Positions 27,768 to 38,422 of a stretch of DNA of 64,000 nt are shown here, piece after piece (position 1 is the stretch's first letter; each line of letters begins with the position of its first letter). Both the position numbers and the translations under genes were made by a program. Below the pieces are notes generated by a model. It did no database searches, was not told the DNA's origin, and was given only the letters and a program-made list of their open reading frames with translations. The stretch lies in assembly GCA_964512625.1 (NCBI GenBank), contig CAZEKG010000004.1, positions 9,223 to 73,222 of the forward strand. The letters run 5' to 3'. The DNA is from an uncultured Gammaproteobacteria bacterium. GTDB lineage: Bacteria; Patescibacteriota; Patescibacteriia; 2-01-FULL-39-33.

Positions 27768-30749
27768 ATGACCGAAGAAAAAAAATGGGTTAATCCGATT
27801 CCTGAAAAAGAAAAAGAAATCGAAAAATTTTGGCAAGAGAATAAGATCTTCGAAAAATCGTTGGAAAAAACCGCAAAGGGGCCTGTTTTTAATTTTTACG
27901 ACGGTCCGCCTTTCGCAACCGGCACTCCTCATTACGGCCATTTAGTCGCTAGCGTCATGAAAGATGTCGTTCCGCGCTATTGGACTATGAAAGGTTATTA
28001 TATCGAAAGAAAGTGGGGCTGGGACTGCCATGGCTTGCCAATTGAAAATATTGTTGAAAAAGAATTGAGCTTTAAGAGTAAGAAGGATATCGAGGAGTAC
28101 GGCATAGAAAATTTTAACGAACTTTGCCGATCAAAAGTCTTAAGCTATGTCGAGGAATGGAAAAAGACCATTTCCCGCTTCGGACGCTGGGCAGATATGG
28201 AAAATTCCTATCGAACTATGGATTTGCCTTATATGGAAAGTATTTGGTGGGTTTTTAAGGAGCTTTTCAATCGAGGTTTGGTTTATGAAGGCTATAAATC
28301 GATGCATGTTTGTCCTCGCTGTGAAACAACCCTCTCTCAACAAGAAGTCAGTGAAGGTTATAAAGATATTAAAGACTTATCGGCAACTGCGAAATTCGAA
28401 TTAGCCGATGAACCAGGAACTTTCGTTTTGGCCTGGACGACAACCCCTTGGACTTTGCCAGCCAATGTGGCTTTAGCGGTTGGCGAAGATGTGGAGTATG
28501 TTTTAGTGTTATTGCAAGGGAATGAGAGTAAAGAAGAAAGCTTTATCCTTGCTAAAAATCTTGTAGAGAAATTATTAGCCGGTAAAGAATACAAGATCAT
28601 AAAAGAACTAAAAGGCTCGGACTTAGTCGGTAAAAAATATAAGCCGCTATTCCCCTACTACTTGGATAAAGAATTAAATAATAAAGAAAATCTTTATACT
28701 CTTGTTAGCGCTGATTTCGTTACAACCGAAGACGGTACCGGTGTCGTCCATATCGCGCCGGCTTTCGGGGAAGACGATATGAGGCTTGGCCAGGAAAAAA
28801 ACCTGCCTTTCATCCAAAATGTCACCATGAGCGGCCATTTCAAGGATGAAGTCGAGGATTTTAAAGGTCTAAATGTCAAACCGATCGAAGATAGCCAAGC
28901 TACTGATATTGAAATAATAAAATACTTGTCCGGCAAGAGCTTATTATTCGCTAAAGAGAAATATGAGCATAGCTACCCGCATTGCTGGCGTTGTGATACT
29001 CCTTTAATCAACTATGCGACCTCTTCTTGGTTCGTAAAAGTGACGGAAGTAAAGCCTAAAGCTTTAGAATTAGCTAAGGAAATTAATTGGTCGCCTAATC
29101 ATATCAAAGAAGGCCGATTCGGCAAATGGCTCGAAGGCGCGCGCGACTGGTCTATCTCCCGCCAAAGATTTTGGGCTAGCGTCATGCCGATTTGGCGTTG
29201 CGAATGCGGCGAGCAAATCGTTTTCGGCTCAGTAAAAGAACTTGAAGAAGCCTCCGGCGAGAAAATAGCCGATCTCCATAAGCATATTGTCGATAAAATA
29301 AGCGTCCCCTGCCCGAAATGCGATAAAAAAATGAAGCGCATCCCTGATGTTCTTGATACCTGGTTCGATTCCGGCTCAATGCCTTACGCCCAAGTCCATT
29401 ACCCTTTTGAAAATAAGAAGGAATTCGAGAACAGTTTCCCGGCGCAATTTATCGCCGAGGGTGTCGATCAAACTCGCGCTTGGTTTTATTACCTTCACAT
29501 TATCGCCTCAGCTATAAAAGACGGCAGCGCTTTTTCTAATGTCATCGTTAATGGAATCGTCTTGGCGGAGGACGGTAAAAAAATGTCAAAAAAGCTCCAA
29601 AACTATCCTGAACCTGAAATCGTCATGGAAAAATACGGGGCTGACGCTTTAAGATATTATCTTCTATCATCGCCGGTAATGTCTGCTGAGAATATGAATT
29701 TTTCAGAAGCCGGCGTCAAAGAAGCGATGCAAAAAATCGTCATGTTGACTAATAACATTCTTAATTTCTATAAGCTATACGCTGAAGAAAAACAAGAAGG
29801 CGACGATTCCTCAAAAAATATCCTAGACCGCTGGCTCCTCGCCAAGCTCAATGACTTGATAAAAGAGGTGACCGAATCGATGGAAGCTTATGATTTGCCG
29901 CGTTCTGTTCGGCCAATCCAGGAATTCATCGATGAATTTTCGACTTGGTGGCTAAGGCGTTCCCGAGATCGTTTTAAAGATGAGAATGAAGAAGATAAAA
30001 AACAAGCTTTAGCGACTTTTAAATATGCTTTACTAGAAATGTCGAAGATCATGGCGCCTTTTACGCCATTTATCGCCGAACATCTATATAAAGAAACCGG
30101 TGGCGAAAAACAATCAGTCCATTTAGAATCTTGGCCGAAATTCAATCAAGATTATAACAATCAATATTCGTATTTAATTGAAGATATGAAATCTATACTG
30201 GATGTAGCAACGTTAGTTCATTCCATTCGTTCATTGAAGGGCATAAAAATTCGTCAACCACTGAATAACTTATACTTCTCAAGCTCTATCGGTGAAAAAG
30301 ATCAAGATAATATTAATAACTATTGCAAAATATTATCTGACGAAATCAATATTAAAAATGTCATTTTTGAAAGAAGTCGTAATTTCTATGATCAAAAAAA
30401 GAAAGAAAGTGATCTATTAAATAGAAATATTATAGTACAAGAAACGATGCGATCGATCATTGTTATTGATATAAGTATAACCGATGAGCTTCGAGCTGAA
30501 GGATTGACTCGAGAAATAATTAGAACGATTAACGGCTTAAGAAAAGACCAAGGACTGACTATCAAGGACAAGATAAAAATCGAATGGCAAAGCGAAAGTA
30601 AAATGGCTCAAGCTGTTTTAAGCGATGAAAAAACCAAGCAGGAAATCGTTAAAGCTGTCTTAGCGGATGAGTTCGTAAATAGCGACTCGCTTGATAAGTT
30701 TTCAGAATTGAACGGCGAAAAAATTGCGATTAGAATTACCAAAATTTAA
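27768..30749 (+). CDS. ileS: isoleucine--tRNA ligase
   Basis: PHYGHLVA (HIGH), WDCHGLP and KMSKKL (KMSKS). 993 aa. Confidence 0.9.
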   Translation: MTEEKKWVNPIPEKEKEIEKFWQENKIFEKSLEKTAKGPVFNFYDGPPFATGTPHYGHLVASVMKDVVPRYWTMKGYYIERKWGWDCHGLPIENIVEKELSFKSKKDIEEYGIENFNELCRSKVLSYVEEWKKTISRFGRWADMENSYRTMDLPYMESIWWVFKELFNRGLVYEGYKSMHVCPRCETTLSQQEVSEGYKDIKDLSATAKFELADEPGTFVLAWTTTPWTLPANVALAVGEDVEYVLVLLQGNESKEESFILAKNLVEKLLAGKEYKIIKELKGSDLVGKKYKPLFPYYLDKELNNKENLYTLVSADFVTTEDGTGVVHIAPAFGEDDMRLGQEKNLPFIQNVTMSGHFKDEVEDFKGLNVKPIEDSQATDIEIIKYLSGKSLLFAKEKYEHSYPHCWRCDTPLINYATSSWFVKVTEVKPKALELAKEINWSPNHIKEGRFGKWLEGARDWSISRQRFWASVMPIWRCECGEQIVFGSVKELEEASGEKIADLHKHIVDKISVPCPKCDKKMKRIPDVLDTWFDSGSMPYAQVHYPFENKKEFENSFPAQFIAEGVDQTRAWFYYLHIIASAIKDGSAFSNVIVNGIVLAEDGKKMSKKLQNYPEPEIVMEKYGADALRYYLLSSPVMSAENMNFSEAGVKEAMQKIVMLTNNILNFYKLYAEEKQEGDDSSKNILDRWLLAKLNDLIKEVTESMEAYDLPRSVRPIQEFIDEFSTWWLRRSRDRFKDENEEDKKQALATFKYALLEMSKIMAPFTPFIAEHLYKETGGEKQSVHLESWPKFNQDYNNQYSYLIEDMKSILDVATLVHSIRSLKGIKIRQPLNNLYFSSSIGEKDQDNINNYCKILSDEINIKNVIFERSRNFYDQKKKESDLLNRNIIVQETMRSIIVIDISITDELRAEGLTREIIRTINGLRKDQGLTIKDKIKIEWQSESKMAQAVLSDEKTKQEIVKAVLADEFVNSDSLDKFSELNGEKIAIRITKI

Positions 30750-30761
30750 ACCATACAAATA

Positions 30762-32021
30762 ATGTCCCCGACTAAAAAACCGGAGCTTCTCCTGCCGGCT
30801 GGCAATTTAAAAAAACTGAAAACCGCTTTCGAATACGGTGCCGACGCCGTCTATCTTGGACTACCACAATTTTCCCTACGCGCCAAGACGGGTTTTGATC
30901 TCAAAACCCTTAAAGAAGGTATAATTTACGCCCATAAGCTTAAGAAAAAAGTTTATGTGACAATCAATATCTTCGCTCACAATAAGCATATTAAAGCTCT
31001 TCCACCTTATTTAAAAACCTTAGCCTCATTAAAGCCCGATGCTATAATTCTCTCCGATCCGGGAGTCTTAAGCATGGTAAAAAAATATCTCCCGAAGACC
31101 GAAATCCATCTTTCAACCCAAGCCAATACCCTAAACTATGAAGCGGTTAAATTTTGGTCGAAAAACGGCGTTAAAAGAATCATCCTCGGCCGGGAAACCA
31201 GTCTTAAGGACATTAAAGAGATAAAAAAACTAGCCCCGAAAACGCAATTGGAAGTTTTCGTCCATGGCGCCATGTGCCTAAGCTATTCCGGTCGCTGTTA
31301 TCTTTCCGCTTGGCTCAATAACCGCAGCGGCAATCTCGGCGAATGTACTCAGCCTTGCCGCTGGAATTATAAAATGTATATCGAAGAGCCGCTGCGTCCA
31401 GGAGAACTGATGCCCTTAGAAGAAGATAAGAACGGCACTTACATTTTAAATTCTCGAGACTTAAGACTGATAAGATATTTGCCGGAACTCTTAAGCGCCG
31501 GCATTACCTCTTTTAAGATCGAAGGCCGAACAAAAAGCGCTTACTACCTTGCCATGGTTACAAAATGTTATCGCCAAGCCATCGAAGCGACTATAAAAAA
31601 TAAAAATAAGAAAACTTTAAATTCAAAACTACTAGAACTGGAAAAAGAACTGGAAAAAATAGATAACCGCGGCTATACGACCGGCTTCATGTTTGAAAAA
31701 ACGAAGACTAAGGAACAACAAAATTTCTTAAGCTCGAAAGCAACCTCGAACTGGCAGTTGGCCGGCGAGATTGTTGAAGTAAAAAAAGATAAAAAAGGCT
31801 TAAAGATCTACTTCCAAGCCCATAATACTTTAAAGGCTGGCGAAATGGCGGAGATTGTTACCCCTGGGAGGCAATATTCTCTAAAATTCCCAGCCATCTA
31901 CTCAAAAAAAGGAGAAAAAATCGAGGAAGTGCATGGCGGAACAGCCGACATTTACAACTTTAATTTGCCGGCTGAGTATGATATAGTAAAGGCAGGAATC
32001 ATTAGGATTCCGCTGAAATAA
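30762..32021 (+). CDS. peptidase U32 family protein (RlhA/TrhP-like)
   Basis: N-terminal ELLLPAGNLKKLKTAFEYGADAVYLG, typical of the U32 collagenase-like family, and a Cys cluster CTQPCRW. Confidence 0.7.
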   Translation: MSPTKKPELLLPAGNLKKLKTAFEYGADAVYLGLPQFSLRAKTGFDLKTLKEGIIYAHKLKKKVYVTINIFAHNKHIKALPPYLKTLASLKPDAIILSDPGVLSMVKKYLPKTEIHLSTQANTLNYEAVKFWSKNGVKRIILGRETSLKDIKEIKKLAPKTQLEVFVHGAMCLSYSGRCYLSAWLNNRSGNLGECTQPCRWNYKMYIEEPLRPGELMPLEEDKNGTYILNSRDLRLIRYLPELLSAGITSFKIEGRTKSAYYLAMVTKCYRQAIEATIKNKNKKTLNSKLLELEKELEKIDNRGYTTGFMFEKTKTKEQQNFLSSKATSNWQLAGEIVEVKKDKKGLKIYFQAHNTLKAGEMAEIVTPGRQYSLKFPAIYSKKGEKIEEVHGGTADIYNFNLPAEYDIVKAGIIRIPLK

Positions 32022-32026
32022 TCATC

Positions 32027-32620
32027 ATGATTTCTTACTTAAAAGGGCGAATCATCCATAAATCGTCTTTCCTGAAAAAAGATAATTACTTAGTTATTAG
32101 TACCGGTAATATCGGCTATAAAGCTTATGTTCTCGACCGGACTCTTAATAACAGAGGGCTAGGAGAAGAAATCGAATTATTTACTTACACTCAAGTCGGA
32201 GAAACGGTTCTTGATTTATACGGTTTCGAATCGATGGAAGAATTGGAATTCTTCGAATTACTACTTACTCTTTCCGGTATCGGGCCTCGCTCCGCTTTAG
32301 ACATCTTGAAAAAAGGCAAGATTGCCGACATAAAAAACGCCGTCGCTTCCCAAAATCATAAAATCCTCAGCCAAGTATCCGGCATCGGCCCGAAAACGGC
32401 GGAAAAAATAGTTATCGGCTTAAAAGATAAGCTGGCTGGAGACTATAAAGCCGACTCCGGAGAAAATTGGAGTGATAATTTCAACGAAGCTCTCGAAGCC
32501 CTAATCGGCTTAGGCTATAACGCCAACCAAGCCAAAAACGCTTTAAGCGAAATCAAAGGCGAATCAACTGAAGAAAAAATCAAACAAGCTCTTAAATATT
32601 TAAGCGGTAAAAAAAATTAA
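32027..32620 (+). CDS. ruvA: Holliday junction branch-migration complex subunit RuvA
   Basis: MISYLKGRI N-terminus and two HhH motifs (LSGIGPRSA, VSGIGPKTA). Confidence 0.8.
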   Translation: MISYLKGRIIHKSSFLKKDNYLVISTGNIGYKAYVLDRTLNNRGLGEEIELFTYTQVGETVLDLYGFESMEELEFFELLLTLSGIGPRSALDILKKGKIADIKNAVASQNHKILSQVSGIGPKTAEKIVIGLKDKLAGDYKADSGENWSDNFNEALEALIGLGYNANQAKNALSEIKGESTEEKIKQALKYLSGKKN

Positions 32621-32621
32621 T

Positions 32622-33665
32622 ATGTCCAATATCCTTAAGAATCGCCAAGCTGTCAAAGCTTCCATCGCTAACTTAGGAAGCCAAATGATGCAATCATGGA
32701 AAATAAATATCCCTGCCCGAGTACCAGATAGGTATCGAACTACTAGCAATGCGGTTTTTTGCGGCATGGGCGGTTCCAATCTTGCCTCAGAAATGGCTTT
32801 GCATGTTTTTAAGGATAAGATTAGCAAACCCGTTATCCTTGTCCGCGATTACGATCTTCCAGTTTGGGCTAATAAGAATACCCTCGTCATCCTTAGTAGC
32901 TACTCGGGATCAACCGAAGAAGTCTTAAGCTGTTTCCAGCAAGCCTTGAAAAAAAATTGCCAAATCGTCGTTATCGCTTCGGGCGGAGAACTTGTAAAAA
33001 AAGCTGAAAAAGAAAAGATTCCGGTTTTCATAGTCGATAAGTCGCTTAATCCCTCCGGCCAACCTCGCTACGCCGTCGGGGCTCAAATGGGCACTGTCCT
33101 AGCCATTTTTAAAAAGACTGGCCTAATTAATATCAATCAGGAAGAAATCGAGCAGGCCGCCGAATACTTAGGAATCCTTAACGAGCTTTTCGCCGAAAAA
33201 ACAGCCGAGAATCCGGCTTTTGAAATTGCGAAAAGGATCAAAGGTAAAACGCCGCTAATTATTTCCGCTGACTTCCTTTCCTCTAATGGCCATATCCTCG
33301 CCAATCAACTTAATGAAAGCGCCAAGAACCTCGCCTATTCTTTCCTAATCCCGGAACTTAATCATCATCTCTTAGAAGGCTTGGAATTCCCGAAAGCCAG
33401 CAGTAAGAACTTGATCGGCTTAATGCTTAACGCTTCCTCGCTCCCGGAAAGAATTAGGAAAAGATATTCGGTAACCGGCAAGGTACTCGCTAAGAAAAAT
33501 ATCGACTATATCGAATATTGGATCGAGGGCGATAATCTTTTCCTCGCCGCCTTAGAAACTTTATCTTTCGGCAGCTGGCTTAGCTATTACCTCTCAGAAA
33601 TGAATGGCGTCGACCCGACTCTCATTCCTTGGGTTGATTACTTCAAGAAAGAACTGAAAAAATAA
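32622..33665 (+). CDS. SIS-domain bifunctional phosphoglucose/phosphomannose isomerase-like protein
   Basis: AVFCGMGGSNLASE SIS motif. ~347 aa. Confidence 0.6.
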   Translation: MSNILKNRQAVKASIANLGSQMMQSWKINIPARVPDRYRTTSNAVFCGMGGSNLASEMALHVFKDKISKPVILVRDYDLPVWANKNTLVILSSYSGSTEEVLSCFQQALKKNCQIVVIASGGELVKKAEKEKIPVFIVDKSLNPSGQPRYAVGAQMGTVLAIFKKTGLININQEEIEQAAEYLGILNELFAEKTAENPAFEIAKRIKGKTPLIISADFLSSNGHILANQLNESAKNLAYSFLIPELNHHLLEGLEFPKASSKNLIGLMLNASSLPERIRKRYSVTGKVLAKKNIDYIEYWIEGDNLFLAALETLSFGSWLSYYLSEMNGVDPTLIPWVDYFKKELKK

Positions 33666-33685
33666 GAAGCTGACTCCTAAAAAGC

Positions 33686-35284
33686 ATGCTCATCAAACTA
33701 AAAAGGATTCTTGACTATATCGAATCCCATAGCAAAACTTTCGGCGTTTTGCTTTTTTTGTTTGCCTTTTTTTATTTCTCTTGGCTGCAATTTAATACCG
33801 GACTCGGCGATCCCGATAGCTATTACCATTTAAAAATCAGCCAACTTATCTTTGAATTAAAATCGCCGGTTTATAATTTTCCTTATCTTCAATTTACGAC
33901 CTTAAAGGATTATTATATCGATCATCACCTCCTTTATCATCTCTACTTAGCGCCTTTTATTGGTTATTTCGGCCTTTTCCTCGGCGGCAAGATAGGCCAT
34001 ACCCTATTAGCCTCTTTATCGATCGTTGCTTTCTACTTTCTAACTAAAAAATTAAAAATAAAATACGCTTTTTTCCTCGTCCTCTTACTTTTCTTAACGC
34101 CGGCTTATATCTTTCGCATCAATCTGATTAAAGCCCAGCCCCTTTCCTTGATTATCGTTTTTCTTTCAACCTACTTTATTATTAAAAGAAAATTATCCGC
34201 CCTGATCGCTTTAAGTTTTATTTATGTTTGGTCTTACGGCGGCTGGGCGATCCTGCCTATTATCGCACTAACTAATATCTTTTCCGAAAGCCTTAAAGAG
34301 TTAGCTGATTTTTCAAGATCTTCTTTAGCCGGTTTTATAAAAAATATTTTCAGTAAAAGAAATATCCAACTGATCTTAGCCGTTTTAACCGGCTTAGCTC
34401 TTGGAATAGTTATTAACCCTTATTTTCCGAAAAACCTCCCCTTTTATTTCGATCAAGTCGTTCAAATAGGACTTTTCAATTACCAATCGAAAATCGCCGT
34501 CGGCGCCGAATGGTATCCTTACGGACCTTTAGACTTCTTAATTAAGATAGGCGTACCTTTTATCTTATTCCTTTTAAGCTTAGTATTATTTTTTAATTAT
34601 CATAAAAAACTCAATAAGAATACCTGGTTTATTTTTATCCTTAGTTGTCTTTGGCTAATAGCTACCGTAAAATCAAGAAGAAACCTGGAATATTTCGCTC
34701 CTTTCGCCTTATTACTTTTCGGATTGCTTTATACCGAGGCAGTTAATAATCCTTATATCAAGAATGAACTAGCGCCAATAGCTAGAAATATTAAAAAATA
34801 TATATGCGATACGAAAATCCATTTCTATTTTTTAATTTCTATCGCCATAATTTGCTGTTTTTTAAATATAGCCTTAATCGGCGAAAAAATAAGAGCCTCA
34901 TTCAATAAAGACTACCGGGAAGACTACTTAAAAGCGGAAAGCGCGGTCATTAAAAACAATAGCGAAAAGGACGAGATTATTTTCAATACTGAATGGGATG
35001 ATTTCCCGGCCCTCTTTTATCATAATACTAATAACTATTATATAACCGGACTGGATCCGACTTTCATGTGGCTGAAAAATCAGGAGGACTACAAGAAATG
35101 GGACGCCATCATAAGTAATAAGCTATCCGGAGAAGAAATTAAAAAGGAGCTAATTAATACCTTTAAGAGCCGTTTAATTATATTAGAAACTGACCGGAAA
35201 GAATTACTCTTAAAGCTCAGTGAAGGCCCGGAATTCGAAAAACTTTTTCAATCAGCCAGGTTTGCCATTTTTAAAATTAAATAA
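33686..35284 (+). CDS. polytopic membrane protein, possibly a GT-C-fold glycosyltransferase
   Basis: More than 10 predicted TM segments. An early loop has GLGDPDSYYHL (acidic DxD-like loop). Family not resolved. Confidence 0.4.
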   Translation: MLIKLKRILDYIESHSKTFGVLLFLFAFFYFSWLQFNTGLGDPDSYYHLKISQLIFELKSPVYNFPYLQFTTLKDYYIDHHLLYHLYLAPFIGYFGLFLGGKIGHTLLASLSIVAFYFLTKKLKIKYAFFLVLLLFLTPAYIFRINLIKAQPLSLIIVFLSTYFIIKRKLSALIALSFIYVWSYGGWAILPIIALTNIFSESLKELADFSRSSLAGFIKNIFSKRNIQLILAVLTGLALGIVINPYFPKNLPFYFDQVVQIGLFNYQSKIAVGAEWYPYGPLDFLIKIGVPFILFLLSLVLFFNYHKKLNKNTWFIFILSCLWLIATVKSRRNLEYFAPFALLLFGLLYTEAVNNPYIKNELAPIARNIKKYICDTKIHFYFLISIAIICCFLNIALIGEKIRASFNKDYREDYLKAESAVIKNNSEKDEIIFNTEWDDFPALFYHNTNNYYITGLDPTFMWLKNQEDYKKWDAIISNKLSGEEIKKELINTFKSRLIILETDRKELLLKLSEGPEFEKLFQSARFAIFKIK

Positions 35285-35295
35285 ATAAGCATAAA

Positions 35296-35327
35296 AAAAT
35301 CATCCGTTTTACAACAGATGATTTTTT
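35296..35327. terminator. bidirectional terminator
   Basis: aaaAATCATCcgttttacaacaGATGATTtttt. Confidence 0.5.
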
Positions 35328-35345
35328 ATACTTGTTTAAAAGATT

Positions 35346-35756
35346 TTAGCCAGCAGTTGCTATAACGATATTATCAATAACGAACTTGGTAATACCGTAA
35401 GAAGTCATGATAATAACGACGCCGATAATAGCATTGATAATCAGTTTTTTTGCTTTATCAACTTTGCCGGTATCGCCACCAGCCGTCATCCATTGGAAGC
35501 CCGCCCAAATAATTAGTAGGACAAAGACAATGCCTAGAAAGCCTAGGATTACTTCAACTACTTTACCAATGAGTTGAGGTAAAGTTTCAGCAGAAGCTCC
35601 GCCAAGAGAACTAAGACCGGTATTATCTAGATTACTATTTATACTTCCAGAAACATCGACTTGAGTCGCTGCCAAAACTAAACTTGGCAAGATAAATACC
35701 AGCATAAATAGAACTGGCAATACTCTAACCGCTAACTTTTTCACTTTTTTCATCAT
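35346..35756 (-). CDS. secreted TrbC/VirB2-like pilin paralog 1
   Basis: Signal peptide plus the conserved core IWAGFQWMTAGGDTGKVDKAKKLIINAIIGVVIIMTSYGIT (two TM segments around WMTAGGD). The start was set at MKKVKKLAV. Confidence 0.6.
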   Translation of the reverse strand: MMKKVKKLAVRVLPVLFMLVFILPSLVLAATQVDVSGSINSNLDNTGLSSLGGASAETLPQLIGKVVEVILGFLGIVFVLLIIWAGFQWMTAGGDTGKVDKAKKLIINAIIGVVIIMTSYGITKFVIDNIVIATAG

Positions 35757-35790
35757 ATTTTTTTTATTTAATTTCACTAAATTTAATTTT

Positions 35791-36255
35791 CTAAATTGTT
35801 CCATCAGCGGCAGTCGGAAGAGGAGCAGTCGGCGTAGAGGCGCCCGGAGCTTTCATAGCATCATTAATAGACTTAATAACGAAAGTCGTTATTCCGTAAG
35901 ACATCATGATAATTATTAGACCAATAACGGCATTAAGAATAAGGGTTTTAGACTTTCCGACTTTACCAGTATCGCCTCCCGCTGTCATCCATTGGAAGCC
36001 CGCCCAGATAATTAGAAGTATAAAAACAATGCCAAGGAAAGCGAGGATTTTCCCAATAATATCTCCAACTAAATAAGGTAAATTCAGCTTTTCGCCCCCC
36101 AACTCCTTGAGATTGGTACTGCCCATATTGTTCTTAATATTGGTCAAGATCTTACCATCGGCGGCTAAAGACTGAGAAGATAAAAGAAAAGAAAAAGAAA
36201 AAAACAAAACCGCTATCGTCAATATCAATAATATTTTCTTTCTTTTTTCTTTCAT
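35791..36255 (-). CDS. TrbC/VirB2-like pilin paralog 2
   Basis: Signal peptide. IWAGFQWMTAGGDTGKVGKSKTLILNAVIGLIIIM. Confidence 0.6.
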   Translation of the reverse strand: MKEKRKKILLILTIAVLFFSFSFLLSSQSLAADGKILTNIKNNMGSTNLKELGGEKLNLPYLVGDIIGKILAFLGIVFILLIIWAGFQWMTAGGDTGKVGKSKTLILNAVIGLIIIMMSYGITTFVIKSINDAMKAPGASTPTAPLPTAADGTI

Positions 36256-36272
36256 ATTAAATAAATTGCTAA

Positions 36273-36689
36273 TTATTTAGGAGAAACAGCTCCTGGAGAT
36301 GAAGTCGCCGCACTGCCAATAACATCAATTACGAAATAAGTCAGGCCATAAGAAGCAAGAATAATGACTAGCCCAATAACTGCATTAATCAATAAAGTCT
36401 TAGACTTTCCGACTTTACCAGTATCGCCTCCCGCTGTCATCCATTGGAAGCCCGCCCAGATAACTAAGATTACAAAAACTACTCCGAGAAAGCCAAGCAA
36501 AGTAGCGACAATATTACCAATAAAGGTAGCGAGGCCGGCGCTATTACCTTGAGCTCCACCCAAAGAAACAAGGCCCGTATTTTTTAAATTTTTCATTGTC
36601 TCAGACGGTGCCGCTAAGGCGAAAATTGGGGACAACAAGAAAAAAACTAATAAAGAAACTGAAAATAATTTTATAGTATTTTTTTTCAT
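36273..36689 (-). CDS. TrbC/VirB2-like pilin paralog 3
   Basis: Signal peptide. IWAGFQWMTAGGDTGKVGKSKTLLINAVIGLVIIL. Confidence 0.6.
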   Translation of the reverse strand: MKKNTIKLFSVSLLVFFLLSPIFALAAPSETMKNLKNTGLVSLGGAQGNSAGLATFIGNIVATLLGFLGVVFVILVIWAGFQWMTAGGDTGKVGKSKTLLINAVIGLVIILASYGLTYFVIDVIGSAATSSPGAVSPK

Positions 36690-36697
36690 AAATCTAA

Positions 36698-37072
36698 CTA
36701 TTCCGTTATACCGACAAGGCTTAAAACTAAGGTAGTTATACCGTAAGAAACCATGACCAGTATCAAGCCGATAACCGCGTTAATCATAATCTCCTTAGCT
36801 CTTTTTACTTTTGCCGTATCTCCCCCGGCCGTGCCCCAGGTAAAGCCGGCCCAGATAACTAAAACAATCATTATAACGCCGATAAAACCTATGATTGAAG
36901 TTACCATGACTCCAACTAGGCTCGGAAGATCAGAAGAAGCGCCGGTTTTCAAACTTTCCGGGACTGCATTCCCCAATCTCGTCCTAGCATCACTAGTAGT
37001 AGCGATGGCTTCCTGACTAAAAGCTAAAAAAGCTAAAAAAACTAGAGTTAATTTTGTTTTCAAGTTTTTCAT
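36698..37072 (-). CDS. TrbC/VirB2-like pilin paralog 4
   Basis: Signal peptide. IWAGFTWGTAGGDTAKVKRAKEIMINAVIGLILVM. Confidence 0.55.
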   Translation of the reverse strand: MKNLKTKLTLVFLAFLAFSQEAIATTSDARTRLGNAVPESLKTGASSDLPSLVGVMVTSIIGFIGVIMIVLVIWAGFTWGTAGGDTAKVKRAKEIMINAVIGLILVMVSYGITTLVLSLVGITE

Positions 37073-37120
37073 AATTAGAATCAGGAGGGACGGACGAATC
37101 CGTCCCTCAATGAATCAATA

Positions 37121-37495
37121 TTAACCGTTGGTAATACCTTGAAGATTAGTAATAACGAAACTGGCAATTGCGTAAGCACTGAAAATAATAACCAAACCGA
37201 TAATACCGGAGATGATTAATTTCTTAGCCTTCTCAACTTTAGATTCGTCGCCAACCGCTGTCATCCAAATGAAACCGCCCCAAAGGACGATTAAAACGGC
37301 AAGAATGCCCAAGAAGCTTAGAACGATGCCGACTAAGCCTTGGATGGTCTCTTTTAGATCATTGTTGCCAAGACCGAATTGAGCGTTTTCCAAATCAACA
37401 TTAACCTGAGCGCTAGTCATTAAAGGCAATGCCATAAGAGAAACTAAGGCCATGCTTAAAACGGCAGCTCCTACTTTTTTCTTTGTGATTTTCAT
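37121..37495 (-). CDS. TrbC/VirB2-like pilin paralog 5
   Basis: Signal peptide. LWGGFIWMTAVGDESKVEKAKKLIISGIIGLVIIF. Strong RBS GGAAGGGAGGTGAA. Confidence 0.55.
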   Translation of the reverse strand: MKITKKKVGAAVLSMALVSLMALPLMTSAQVNVDLENAQFGLGNNDLKETIQGLVGIVLSFLGILAVLIVLWGGFIWMTAVGDESKVEKAKKLIISGIIGLVIIFSAYAIASFVITNLQGITNG

Positions 37496-37601
37496 TTATT
37501 CACCTCCCTTCCTGGCTAATTAAATAATGTTATATTTAACCGCCCTTAATTTATTATACTTATAATTTAGCAAACTTTGCGACTTTAGACAACAATAAAA
37601 C

Positions 37602-37940
37602 CTATGCTCCAATAGCTTGAAGAACAAAGCTGACAATGGCATAGGAACTGAAAACGAAAAATAACCCTAAAACTGCCCAAATCATCATCTCCTTGCCTTT
37701 CTTAATCTTACTAGAGTCACCATAAGACATCATCCAGGTCAATCCCCCGTAAACAAAAGCGACAAGAGCTAAAACGCCGGTTAATCCAAGAGCAGCTGTG
37801 GTCGCATTCTTAACCACCGTCTCGATACTAGCAGCCTCTCCTAGTGGATTTAGAAGTTGCGTCGGTTCTTGAGCTAAAACAACTACCGGTAAAATAAAAA
37901 CTACTGCCTGTATAGCGAGGATTGATAATCTTTTTTTCAT
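37602..37940 (-). CDS. TrbC/VirB2-like pilin paralog 6
   Basis: Signal peptide. VYGGLTWMMSYGDSSKIKKGKEMMIWAVLGLFFVF. Confidence 0.5.
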   Translation of the reverse strand: MKKRLSILAIQAVVFILPVVVLAQEPTQLLNPLGEAASIETVVKNATTAALGLTGVLALVAFVYGGLTWMMSYGDSSKIKKGKEMMIWAVLGLFFVFSSYAIVSFVLQAIGA

Positions 37941-37972
37941 ACTATTTTCCTTAATAAAGAATTAACTTTAGT

Positions 37973-38422
37973 TTATTCGGTTTTCCCCGGACATTGGCTC
38001 CAATTACTACCTTGACCGGTTTTTAAAATACTGGATAGTTTTGAATAAGAATCACTAACTCCGCCACCCACTAAGGCTAAGACAACTGTATTGATAATCG
38101 TCCAAGCGAAGAAGATAATACAAATCCCGACCGTAGCGGCGATTAAAGTATTCTTACCCCATTGATAACGGCTCGAATTGCCATAAGCTGTAATCATAAT
38201 CATACCGCCCCAAATAAACATCAAGATTCCAAGGACTCCGGAAAGCCCAACTAATATATCGGAAGCATTAGTAAAAATTTTAAGGAATTCACAAGGAGTA
38301 CAGATGCCTGTGTTTATACATGTGATGCCGTCTAAAAGATTATTAGCAGCCCTAACCTCGGAAACTCTAAAAAGAGAGAAAAGAGCAAATGATAAAAAAG
38401 TTATGGCTAAATATTTTTTCAT
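37973..38422 (-). CDS. divergent Cys-rich pilin-like paralog 7
   Basis: Signal peptide, a Cys cluster CINTGICTPC, then a two-TM hairpin IWGGMIMITAYGNSS...IAATVGICIIFFAW. ATGA overlap with the SBP gene. Confidence 0.45.
   Translation of the reverse strand: MKKYLAITFLSFALFSLFRVSEVRAANNLLDGITCINTGICTPCEFLKIFTNASDILVGLSGVLGILMFIWGGMIMITAYGNSSRYQWGKNTLIAATVGICIIFFAWTIINTVVLALVGGGVSDSYSKLSSILKTGQGSNWSQCPGKTE

Noticed and set aside
36364-37016. Plus-strand ORFs antisense to pilin paralogs (36364..36552, 36753..37016)
   Set aside because: They are antisense to well-supported signal-peptide genes, with no RBS and low-complexity products.
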